Shown here one piece after another: positions 19,125 through 27,954 of a stretch of DNA of 64,000 nucleotides. Origin of the DNA: Candidatus Krumholzibacteriia bacterium (lineage in GTDB: Bacteria; Krumholzibacteriota; Krumholzibacteriia; JAJRXK01). The stretch is from NCBI GenBank assembly GCA_041484665.1, contig JBGPIA010000012.1, positions 1 through 64,000 of the forward strand, written 5' to 3'. How positions within the stretch are numbered: the first letter of the stretch is position 1; the number at the start of each line of letters is the position of its first letter. A model generated the notes under the pieces. It had not been told where the DNA came from, did not search any database, and saw only the letters and a list, made by a program, of their open reading frames with translations. The translations under genes and the position numbers were made by a program.

Positions 19125-19883
19125 ATGCAGCACGTCGATCAGCTCCTGCGCGAGCATGCCCACCTGCGCAGCGTTGACTACCAGATGCTCTTGGAGCGCG
19201 CCCGGCCTGACCCGGCGGCGCACTGGGCCGAGCTGGTGCGACGCAGCGCCCCCATCGTCCACACGGTTGCCTATCGCCTCGCCGAGGGGCTGCGCGACCG
19301 CGACGCGTTGGCCGAGGCCGCCACGCGGCAGGTGTTCGAAGCGATCCAGGCCGGCGATTTCGCGCTCGTGCGCGCCTTCGTCGGCTACGGCAAGTGGACG
19401 AGCCTGCTGGTGCTGCTCACGCACAAGGCGCCGGTGCTGGCCGAGCGCCGTCGCGAGCGCGAGTTTCCGGACCCCGCCCAGGCCTGGCCGGTCGGCGACC
19501 CGGACGGCCCCATCCCACCGCTGGAGCCCCAATACCGCGAGCTGCTCGAGCGCGAGGGTGACCGCTTGCGCGCCGCGCTCGGCAAGTTCCTGCTGACACT
19601 GCATCGCACGGACCGCCTGCTGCTGGCCATGCGCTACGAGCAGGGACTCAGCCTGCGCGAGCTGGACCACCTGTTCCGGCTGGGATCCCCGCAACGGATC
19701 GCGTCGCTGTTGGCACGGCTGCGCACCCACGTGCAGCCGCTGCACGCGGTGGTCGTGGCGTGGGGTGTCCCGCCAACGCAGCACGAAGCGCTCGCCCGGG
19801 CCGCTTTCCATCATCTATATGCGTCGCGCTCGATGGCGACCCCGCACGAAGAGCACACGGCCCCCGCGCTGCAGCGCCGCTGA
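19125..19883 (+). CDS. Divergent ECF-like sigma factor
   Basis: Region-2-like WAELVRRSAPIVHTVAYRL..AEAATRQVF and region-4-like DRLLLAMRYEQGLSLRELDHLF. Confidence 0.6.
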   Translation: MQHVDQLLREHAHLRSVDYQMLLERARPDPAAHWAELVRRSAPIVHTVAYRLAEGLRDRDALAEAATRQVFEAIQAGDFALVRAFVGYGKWTSLLVLLTHKAPVLAERRREREFPDPAQAWPVGDPDGPIPPLEPQYRELLEREGDRLRAALGKFLLTLHRTDRLLLAMRYEQGLSLRELDHLFRLGSPQRIASLLARLRTHVQPLHAVVVAWGVPPTQHEALARAAFHHLYASRSMATPHEEHTAPALQRR

Positions 19884-19893
19884 GGAAAGACCA

Positions 19894-20286
19894 ATGGCCG
19901 CGCCCAAGCTCTGGGGCTATACCCGCAAGCAGCCGATCGGCAACGAGATGCTCGTGAGCTGGACCGACGGCGACCTCACCGCCATCCTGGCCAAGGAGGT
20001 GGAGGAGCGCCTGCTGGGCGAGGCGCAGGAGCGCGCCAACCTCGCCGCCTTCGCCCGCGCCTGCCAGGACAGCTGGCGGCCGGGCTCGCGCGAGGATGGC
20101 AACCGGCTGTTGGAGCCGCGCCCCGCGCTCGTGGACCTCTGCGCGTCCACCAGCGGCACGCCGCCCGAGGACGTGGAGGACAGGCGCGTGGCCGCGCTCC
20201 GGCCGCGCGCGAGCTGGCTGCTCGGCGGAGGCGCGATCCTGCTGGTGAGCCTGCTGCTCGCGCTCTGGATGGTGCGCAACCTGTAG
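19894..20286 (+). CDS. Membrane-anchored putative anti-sigma factor
   Basis: EMLVSWTDGDLTAILAKEVEERL resembles the anti-sigma domain LxxYxDGELxxxxxxxVExHL; single C-terminal TM; GAGGA RBS. Confidence 0.55.
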   Translation: MAAPKLWGYTRKQPIGNEMLVSWTDGDLTAILAKEVEERLLGEAQERANLAAFARACQDSWRPGSREDGNRLLEPRPALVDLCASTSGTPPEDVEDRRVAALRPRASWLLGGGAILLVSLLLALWMVRNL

Positions 20287-20353
20287 GCGCGCGGTCGGAT
20301 GGCCGGGTGGCCGCGCAACCGTCCCGCTTCGCCTCCCCTCCACCACCCCCCAG

Positions 20354-20392
20354 AAAAGGCAACCGCCCCCGGAAGCATCCCAGGGGCGGTTT
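20354..20392. terminator. Terminator hairpin between convergent genes
   Basis: AACCGCCCC..GGGGCGGTT stem with T runs nearby on both strands. Confidence 0.65.
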
Positions 20393-20426
20393 GATGAGCG
20401 CTCAACGCGCTGCGCGTTAGCAGTCG

Positions 20427-21245
20427 TTAGCGATAGAGCGCCTTGATCTGCCCAAACGAGCTGGCCGCGTCAGGAACCACATCGAGCACCTCGAACACGA
20501 TGTCGCGCCACGCGGCGTTGACCGTCGCGTCCGGGATCTGCGGGTTCATGAACACCTGCATGTGCCCACCCACGCGACCGTCGTTCAGCATGCCCCACTG
20601 TCCGTAGGGGGGATCCTCGGCCGGATTGCCCTGATCGAACGGCAACACGGGGCTCGAGAACGGGAAGCCGCCGTAGACCACCGTGTACTGGATGGTCGCG
20701 GGATCGAGCTGCGTCAGCCCGTGGCTCAGGTACTTGACCTCCACATGGATCGCGGTGCCCTTGGCATAGTGCAGCCCGTAGGTGCCGGTGAACGAGAAGA
20801 ACGGCAACCGCCCGCCGAAGCAAGCGATCTCACCGTCGGTCGTTCTGACGTTCAGGCGGCCATCCACGTCCTTCGACCACCAAGGAGCAACCTGCAGGCC
20901 CGCCTCAGCTTGGCCCGAGCCGTCGATGACCAGGTCGGCCGCCAGCCTGAAATTGCTGTCGTTGTTGAACGGGGCTCCCGTTGCGCCATCCGTCGAAAGG
21001 TGCCAGTTGTGCAAGTTGGCGAATCCCGGGGAGCAGCTCACGTTGGCATCCTCGATGATGACGAAGGCCGGGTAGAGATTGTTCGTGGTTACCGTCGACG
21101 TCGAGCAGTCGTTGAAGACGCGGGTCTTGATCACCGCGCTGTTCGCCGGCGGTGTCGAGGCGAAGGCCATGGGCGCGACGCTGACGACCACGAAGGTCAT
21201 AAGCGCTGCCGCCCAGGCCAGGTTCCTGATACTGATCCGTCTCAT
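20427..21245 (-). CDS. Secreted hypothetical protein with C-terminal SFGQIKALYR tail
   Basis: AGGAGG RBS, signal peptide ..PMAFA/ST; ends VVPDAASSFGQIKALYR. Confidence 0.9.
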   Translation of the reverse strand: MRRISIRNLAWAAALMTFVVVSVAPMAFASTPPANSAVIKTRVFNDCSTSTVTTNNLYPAFVIIEDANVSCSPGFANLHNWHLSTDGATGAPFNNDSNFRLAADLVIDGSGQAEAGLQVAPWWSKDVDGRLNVRTTDGEIACFGGRLPFFSFTGTYGLHYAKGTAIHVEVKYLSHGLTQLDPATIQYTVVYGGFPFSSPVLPFDQGNPAEDPPYGQWGMLNDGRVGGHMQVFMNPQIPDATVNAAWRDIVFEVLDVVPDAASSFGQIKALYR

Positions 21246-21717
21246 GGTGCATATCCTCCTAAGGCAAGTGTTGCTGAACCGACCACGATACACGGACGGA
21301 GCGAAGCGAAACGGCCACTGCTTTGCGGCTCGACGAGTCTACCAGATCCGGCTCGCCTGCGGGCAACGGACCCGCTCGGTGATGCCGGCGACCGCGCCGC
21401 CAGCCGAGGGTCGCTCCTCTCGCTGTTTGCGCGTGCGTCGCGCCGGGCCCAAGCCCCACGGCTCCAAGAGCCGACCGCCGCGCCGCACGTGCTCTCCGAC
21501 GCGACCCGCCCGTGCCGGGTCAGCAGTCGCGTGGATCCTGTGGACCCGCGTTGCCGCGGCTCCCTGGAATCGTTCTCGATCGTCTCTCTGCGTTCCCAGC
21601 CGCTCCCCGGGGTTCCCCGTCCCGCCCCAACCCGGTCCCCCCCCCCGGCATCGCAAACCCCCAAGGCGTCGATCCGCTCCTGCAGCCCGCGACACCTTGA
21701 TCACAGAATCAGAGCGC

Positions 21718-23340
21718 TCACCGCAGAAGGACGCACTTCCCCCACGCCCTTTGCCCGTTAAACTCCATCCGATAGAAGTACACGCCGGCCGAAAGCTCCT
21801 GCGCGTTCAGGCTCGTCTGGTAGTCCCCGCTGGCGCGGACGCCGTCGACGAGCGTCTTGACCCGCCGGCCCGACACGTCGTACAGCGCCAGGGACACGCG
21901 CCCGGGCTCGGCCAGGTGGAACGGGATGCTTGCCACGCCGCGGAAGGGGTTGGGAGAGCTCTGCAGCAGCACGAACGGTCGCACGCCGCTGGCCGCCGGG
22001 ACGCCCGCGCCCGTCGCCGGGGTGAAGCCGGCCCGCTGCAGGCCGCGCTGGATGTCCTCGTTCGCCGTGAAGCGGCGCCAGGTCCGGCCGTTGAGGTAGT
22101 TCTCGATCATGATGACGATCGGGCCCTGGTCGATCCCCAGGTAGTCGGTGTCCCACCAGTTCACCGTGAGGTTGAACGCATCCTTGAACCCGTAGGGTCC
22201 CCACAAATGCGCGCCGTAGCTGTCAAACATGTTCTGTAGCGTGGGGATGACTTCGTTCGCGGCGAACGCGATCGAGCTGGCCGCTGCGGTCGGCGTGATC
22301 GTCCCATCGTCGTTCTGGGCGGGAGGCGCTCCGCGAGCGTTGTAGCCGCCGGGTCCGTCGGACGCCGTGAGGCCCCAGAGGTTCGCGCCGTAGCCCACCC
22401 AGCCGAATTGGTTGCGGATGGCGTGCTGCCGGTTGGCCAGCGTTGCGCGGCGGGAGTTCTCGAAGTACGTGATCCCGTGGCTCTGCATGTAGGAGTCCCA
22501 GATGAACCGGTAGTCGATCCAGCAGTGCGAGTACTGGTGCCCGAACAGCGGCGCGAAGTGCACGAAGCTCAGGTTGTAGGACGTGAGGAAGGAGTAGCCG
22601 CCGGTCCAGGTGCCCCAGGTGCCGGCCGGGACGGGATGGGTCGGCGATCCGAGCGCGAGGATGTAGAGGATCATCGCCTCGTTGTACCCGATCCACGGCC
22701 CGAAGCCGTTGAATTGCGTGCCCGGCTTCCAGCCCATCAGGATCCCGCTGGTGGTGTTGGTGGGCGCGACGTTGCGCATGAACTCCCAGTCGGCGCGGTA
22801 GTAGATGGAGTCGGCCAGCGCCCGCACCTGCGTGTCCGAGGCGTCCTGTGAGGAGAAGTACTGCTTGGCGTCGAGCACACCCCCGAACAACAGCGCCGTG
22901 TCGATCGTCGACAGCTCGGAGTTCCAGGTCCGCGTCGCCGTGTTCATGTCCAAGAAGTGGTAGTAGAGCCCCTTGTAGCCGATCTTGCCGTTCAGGTCGG
23001 GGCCCTGGGGCTGCGTCCACAGGGTCTGCAGGGTCGTGAGGACCCGGTCGCGCCCGGTATCCCGCGTGACCCAGCCGTGGTCGATGCCGATACAGATTGC
23101 CGAGAGCCCGAACCCCATGGCCGCGACGCTGCACGGCGAGGTGGACGTGCTGCGGTCCTTGACCATCCCGTTGCTCGGGTTGGCCTCGTTCCAGAAGTAG
23201 TTGAATGCCGTGTGCTGCAGCGTATCCAGCAGCGCTTCGGTGGTCAGCACGGCCGCGTGCGACGCCGATGCGGCGAGCACGATGGCGGCCAGCAGACTGA
23301 CGGCGATCGCTCGCCGGCTCGTTGCCCTTCCCAGTGTCAT
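21718..23340 (-). CDS. GH144-like (glucoamylase-family) probable beta-1,2-glucanase with C-terminal FlgD/T9SS-like domain
   Basis: ELSTIDTALL, GYNEAMILYILALGS, PLFGHQYSHCWID, WGLTASDGP, YLGIDQGP; C-terminal PNPF..SAGVYFYRM. Confidence 0.85.
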   Translation of the reverse strand: MTLGRATSRRAIAVSLLAAIVLAASASHAAVLTTEALLDTLQHTAFNYFWNEANPSNGMVKDRSTSTSPCSVAAMGFGLSAICIGIDHGWVTRDTGRDRVLTTLQTLWTQPQGPDLNGKIGYKGLYYHFLDMNTATRTWNSELSTIDTALLFGGVLDAKQYFSSQDASDTQVRALADSIYYRADWEFMRNVAPTNTTSGILMGWKPGTQFNGFGPWIGYNEAMILYILALGSPTHPVPAGTWGTWTGGYSFLTSYNLSFVHFAPLFGHQYSHCWIDYRFIWDSYMQSHGITYFENSRRATLANRQHAIRNQFGWVGYGANLWGLTASDGPGGYNARGAPPAQNDDGTITPTAAASSIAFAANEVIPTLQNMFDSYGAHLWGPYGFKDAFNLTVNWWDTDYLGIDQGPIVIMIENYLNGRTWRRFTANEDIQRGLQRAGFTPATGAGVPAASGVRPFVLLQSSPNPFRGVASIPFHLAEPGRVSLALYDVSGRRVKTLVDGVRASGDYQTSLNAQELSAGVYFYRMEFNGQRAWGKCVLLR

Positions 23341-23404
23341 CCGTCTCTCCACAGCACCCCTCCTCGTCGTATGCCTGCGATGCGGTCCCTGTAGGCGCTG
23401 CCGT

Positions 23405-24505
23405 CTAGAACGCACACACCACCGTGAACCGGTGCGTCTCCGAAAGCCGTTGATGATCCGCCCAGCCGTAGTCCAGCCCGATCCGCCGCCCGCCCAGGTC
23501 ACCCTTCAATCCCACACCCAGGGTCAGGCCCAGCTCCGAGTCCTGCTGCCAGAGGTTCTGGTATCCAGCGCGCAGCGCGAACACGTCGCGCCACGACCAT
23601 TCCGCGCCCGCGCTCAAGCTCTCGGTATTGTCGCTGGGATGGAAGGCGTCCAGGGCCAGCAACAGGTTGCTGGTCTCGCTGAGGTGGCGCGGATAGGCGA
23701 TCCCGACGCGGAACAGCGTGGGGACCGGAAACTTGTCGGTGAGCTGCTCGCCCGGCAGCGCGCTGTTGTCGCCGTGACGGGTCGGGTCGTTGTCGTACTG
23801 GATCGCCAGGTCGCGCCCGTCGAACCGGGCGCTGGTCCCGAAGTTGGAGAGGCTCGCCCCCAGCGTCAGGCCATTCTCTGCGATCCGGTAGACCGTCCCG
23901 CCGCTGAGCGTCAGCTTGTGCAGCGAGCTGTGCCAGATCGTCTCGCTGATGTAGTTGACCTGCAGGCCCGCCGCGAACCGATGGGTGATCTGTTTGCCGA
24001 ACCCCAGCGCCACCGCGAGATCCGAGACGCTGTAGCGCTCGCCGGTGCCCAGGGGCTGGTCCACGGTCCGTACGTTGATGTCGCCGGAGCTGAGCGACGT
24101 AACACTGCCGAACAGCGTGCCGACGCCGCTCAGGCCGACCGCTGCCGCCGCGTAGTCGAATGTGATGTCGGCGAACCACAGACTGTGGGTGAACTGGACG
24201 GCGGAGCCCGTGAGCGGCCCGATGGCGCCCGGGTTGTAGTACACCGATTGGATTCCGTTCGCGAGGCCCACGCCGGCGTTGCCCATGGCCGCGATCCGCG
24301 CGCTGGGCTCGATCAGCAGGAACTGCCCGATGGAGGTTCCGGTCTTGGACTGGGCCGCCACCGGCCCAGCGGTCAGCGCCACCCAGAGCGCCGCAGCCGT
24401 GGCCAGCATCGCGCGCAGGACCGTCGCGCTGGCCGGCGCCGTCTCCGGCGCCGCCGCTGCTGCCCGTGCTCCCACCACGCTCCGCATGCGAGACCTCGGC
24501 TTCAT
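23405..24505 (-). CDS. PorV/PorQ-family outer-membrane barrel
   Basis: QFLLIEPSARIAAMGNA..YYNPG; beta-strand pattern; LRAGY; terminal Phe. Confidence 0.85.
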   Translation of the reverse strand: MKPRSRMRSVVGARAAAAAPETAPASATVLRAMLATAAALWVALTAGPVAAQSKTGTSIGQFLLIEPSARIAAMGNAGVGLANGIQSVYYNPGAIGPLTGSAVQFTHSLWFADITFDYAAAAVGLSGVGTLFGSVTSLSSGDINVRTVDQPLGTGERYSVSDLAVALGFGKQITHRFAAGLQVNYISETIWHSSLHKLTLSGGTVYRIAENGLTLGASLSNFGTSARFDGRDLAIQYDNDPTRHGDNSALPGEQLTDKFPVPTLFRVGIAYPRHLSETSNLLLALDAFHPSDNTESLSAGAEWSWRDVFALRAGYQNLWQQDSELGLTLGVGLKGDLGGRRIGLDYGWADHQRLSETHRFTVVCAF

Positions 24506-27500
24506 TTGATGATCGAGAACTTCCCGGTGCTGCTGCCCAGGCTTCCGCCGTCGACGTTGAAGATGTAGAGCCCCGGCGCCACGTCGAGGTTGTCCTTGGT
24601 GCGCAGGTTCCAGGCGATGAAGGCATCGTTGGAACCGTCCTGCCGCAGCGTCTGCACCAGCTCCCCGCGCACCGTGTAGATGTTGATCGTGCAGCCCGTG
24701 GGCACGTCGCGGAACTCGATGCGCCGCTCCCCTCGTCCGGACACCGCAAAGCGCTCCGGCTCGAAGCTGGCCGAGCCCACGTATGGATTCGGCACTACAT
24801 ACGGCTGCGGGCGCGCCTGGGCCATGGCCTGCGCCGCATCGACGCGCTCGCCGCGGCTGTTGAAGGCGAACAGGTCGGCGGTGGTGAAGGGTGTGGTCAG
24901 CTTGAGCTGGAACACGTCACCAGCGCGCGGCGGCTGGAGGGGGCCGCGCCCGCCCTGTCCCAGGGTATCGAGCTGCGCGCGCCAGGTGCTGCGCCCCGTG
25001 GTCGGCGCGGCGGCGGTATACGTGACGATGTCCACGTACTCGTCCACCCCGCTCAAGGTGCCGTCATGGTCGCTGTCACGGAACCGGAAGTCGAGCTGCC
25101 GGTCGCCGCCGGGCTCGTGGGCGATGATCAGGAACTTGGCCGGCGGCGCCTCGAGAGTGATGGGGAACGTCAGCGACGTGTCGCGCACGGTGTCGTCGAA
25201 AATGATGGTGATATCATCGGGGTACCCGGACCTGCGCAGATTGATGGGCAGCACGTACGAGTACGCAACCTTGAGCTTCGCATTCGTCGGGCCGCCGGGC
25301 GCGAACCCGGTTGCCGTCGGATCGGTGGCAGGACGGCTCCAACGATGGCTTCGTCGGACGGCCACGAATTCCTGCGTGCGGACCACCGGCAGAAGCCCTG
25401 CCCCCGTCGGCCCGATCCCCTCGCCGTCAAGATCGGTTGCGCCCTTGAAGATGGTGATCGCGCTGTCCGCCCGCGTCACGTCGATGAGCGAGTACGAGAC
25501 GGCACGGATGCTGTCCGGGGATGGGTTGGCGAAGGTGATGTGGAAGAGGTGGCCGTCGGGCACGTGATTGGAGGCGACGACCTGGATTCCCACGGTGCCG
25601 GTGCCTTCACCCGCGACGTGCGTGGCGGCGTCGGCCGTCGCCGCGATGAAGCCCGGCGCCTTGGGCTCCGGGCGCACCGTCACGACGTTGCTGGGCAGGA
25701 TCAGACCAGCGCGTGCCGTGTGCGACACGGTGATCGCGTTCTCCGACGGGTAGAAACCGTAGAGGTCCGAGCCGAAGTCGTAGGCGCAGACGGCGTAGAA
25801 GTACTGCTGGCCGTTGGTCACGGTGGAGTCGGTCCAGGTGTGCCGAATCCCGCTGTCGTTGCCCAGATAGTAGGCCACGCCCTCGACCACCAGGTCGCTG
25901 AACCCGTTGCGGCCGTCGTTGAGATCGAACTGGGCGATGGGTTTCCCGTTGCCCAGGGGGCCCGAGCCCGTGCTGGTGGTGATGACGCGCGGATCGCGGA
26001 ACTCCGGATCCGTCGAGCGGTAGATCCGATAGCCCTCGAAATCGAACTCGCCCGTCACCGGATCGGCTCCCTGCTCCGCCTTGGCGTCCCAAGAAAGCCG
26101 CACGAAGCCGTCGCCACTCTCCGCCTTGGCCGTGGGCTGCGGGGGCGGCACCGCGAACTGGTAGTTGGCGTTGTAGATCTGCTGCACGGTCTTCACCGTG
26201 CGGCGCAGCTCGTTGATGTCCCCGCCGTAGGCCAACGCGAGACTGAAGCGCTCCGTCTTGCCGGCCCGCAGGTTGAACGGCCCCGACGCGAACAGGAAGG
26301 CGATATTGTAGTTGTCCGCCAGCGGCGGGTCGAAGCGCGCGGCCGGGTTGGGGTTGGTGAACTGCTCGTACAGCCGCTGCGGCCAGTTGGAGGCGTCGGT
26401 GAAGAAAAGAATGTTGTCCACCGTCGGATCCGGGTTGGCGCTCTTGATGCGGTTGAGCTTGAACCCGGTCAGCCCGATCTGATCGGACTCGTTGAGATCG
26501 GTGCGGTCGAAATTGGGCTCGCCAAGGGTGGGGCGGCCGTCCCCCTCGCCGGTGTCATGCGTGTCGGGCACGCCGTCCGCGCCCACGTCGTTGAGGTTCT
26601 GGTTCCAGTCCATGTCCTCGTCACCCGTCCACCAGCGCCCCGCCCGGTATCCGGGGCGGTCCTCCAGCGGGCCGTAGGCGGCCTGGAACTTGGTCAGGTC
26701 GTAATGGAGCGTGACGTACGCGCGGATCTGGTCGCGGTCCACGATCAGCTCGCCCTCGCCTCCGTCGCGCTGCTCATCGGTGATGCCGTCCTCGTCGTTG
26801 TCGACGCCGTCTGTGGAGTTGCCCGGCGTCTCGAGGTACGCGTAGCCCAGATAACCCGTGCGGCCGCAGCCCGACAGGTCCCGCCCGTGGCCCTTCTTGT
26901 CCCAGGTGTAGACGAGGTTGAGGACTTGCGCGTTCAAGGTGCGGTCGAAGAACGCGTTGTCGTCGTCGGACTCGGCGACGTGGTCGCACGACTCAGCCGA
27001 CCCGCCGACTCCGGAGTCCATGTAGAGCCCGAAGATGATGTTGTCGTTGTAGTCCGTCGTGCTCTCATTGGTGATATCGTAGTGCCAGAAGATGACGTTG
27101 CCGGCCTGTGGGTTCGCCCATTGGAATCCGCGCACCTCGATCCGCAGACCCAGCCCGCGCCGCGTGGCGTCCCGGCTGTCCGGGTAGTAGTCCCACGCGT
27201 CGTAGAACTGGTCGTCCATGACCATGAAGCTCTCCTGGTCGGCCGCCGCGCGCTTGCCGAAGTAGCCGTTCCACTGCCCCGACCACCCGCAGTCATCCGG
27301 AACGTTGGGCTTGTCGGGCCAGCAGTCGGGCCATGTGCGCGGGTCGTTGCTGATCGCCGGCGAGCGCCCGCGGTTGATGCTCGGATCGGCCTGGAAGTAC
27401 CCCCGCCGCGGCTCGAAGCGCATGATCCGGCCGGAATACGGGCTGGTACCCTGCCGCTCGCGGAAACCGGTCTCCATGATGTACGCGTCGCTGCCGTCGC

Positions 27501-27945
27501 GCTGGCGGATCTTGGCGAGCACGAAGGGCGTGATGCCGTCGCTGTAGTTCATCCCGCTGCCCTTGGGTACCTCGACCGAGTGGAAGACGCTCAGGTCGAC
27601 GTTGAGCGGGGGGTCCGGATAATCGCCCACCATCCCGTAGTTCCAGAACACCGTGCGGATGTTCGCGGCGTCGTGGAAGCCGTAGCGCTCGGCGTCGATC
27701 CGCCCGCGCTCCTCGGGCGGTACCGGTGTCTGAACCTGCGCCTGCGCGGACGGCGCCGGCAGCGCCGCCGCCAGCACGGCCATCAGCACCGCCGTCAGCA
27801 CCACCGTCGGCAAGCCAAGCGCAGCCGATGGCACGGTCCGCCCGGCGACCCGCCAGGGCGGCGCGGCCACAGCTGTCGGCGCAGCCAGCCGGGCGGGCGC
27901 GGCCGGCGCCACCACGGCGTTGCGAGTGTGACGATCCTTTCCCAC
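24502..27945 (-). CDS. Large secreted/surface protein with acidic Ca-binding-like motifs, an Fn3-like domain and a VVPNPY-type C-terminal domain
   Basis: Signal peptide; DGVDNDEDGITDE; VRLSWD..FEGYRIYRS..NGQQYFYAVCAYD; ends PYVVPNPY..IYTVRGELV..WNL..GLYIF..GKFSIIK. Confidence 0.85.
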   Translation of the reverse strand: MGKDRHTRNAVVAPAAPARLAAPTAVAAPPWRVAGRTVPSAALGLPTVVLTAVLMAVLAAALPAPSAQAQVQTPVPPEERGRIDAERYGFHDAANIRTVFWNYGMVGDYPDPPLNVDLSVFHSVEVPKGSGMNYSDGITPFVLAKIRQRDGSDAYIMETGFRERQGTSPYSGRIMRFEPRRGYFQADPSINRGRSPAISNDPRTWPDCWPDKPNVPDDCGWSGQWNGYFGKRAAADQESFMVMDDQFYDAWDYYPDSRDATRRGLGLRIEVRGFQWANPQAGNVIFWHYDITNESTTDYNDNIIFGLYMDSGVGGSAESCDHVAESDDDNAFFDRTLNAQVLNLVYTWDKKGHGRDLSGCGRTGYLGYAYLETPGNSTDGVDNDEDGITDEQRDGGEGELIVDRDQIRAYVTLHYDLTKFQAAYGPLEDRPGYRAGRWWTGDEDMDWNQNLNDVGADGVPDTHDTGEGDGRPTLGEPNFDRTDLNESDQIGLTGFKLNRIKSANPDPTVDNILFFTDASNWPQRLYEQFTNPNPAARFDPPLADNYNIAFLFASGPFNLRAGKTERFSLALAYGGDINELRRTVKTVQQIYNANYQFAVPPPQPTAKAESGDGFVRLSWDAKAEQGADPVTGEFDFEGYRIYRSTDPEFRDPRVITTSTGSGPLGNGKPIAQFDLNDGRNGFSDLVVEGVAYYLGNDSGIRHTWTDSTVTNGQQYFYAVCAYDFGSDLYGFYPSENAITVSHTARAGLILPSNVVTVRPEPKAPGFIAATADAATHVAGEGTGTVGIQVVASNHVPDGHLFHITFANPSPDSIRAVSYSLIDVTRADSAITIFKGATDLDGEGIGPTGAGLLPVVRTQEFVAVRRSHRWSRPATDPTATGFAPGGPTNAKLKVAYSYVLPINLRRSGYPDDITIIFDDTVRDTSLTFPITLEAPPAKFLIIAHEPGGDRQLDFRFRDSDHDGTLSGVDEYVDIVTYTAAAPTTGRSTWRAQLDTLGQGGRGPLQPPRAGDVFQLKLTTPFTTADLFAFNSRGERVDAAQAMAQARPQPYVVPNPYVGSASFEPERFAVSGRGERRIEFRDVPTGCTINIYTVRGELVQTLRQDGSNDAFIAWNLRTKDNLDVAPGLYIFNVDGGSLGSSTGKFSIIK

Positions 27946-27954
27946 GCCCTCCCC

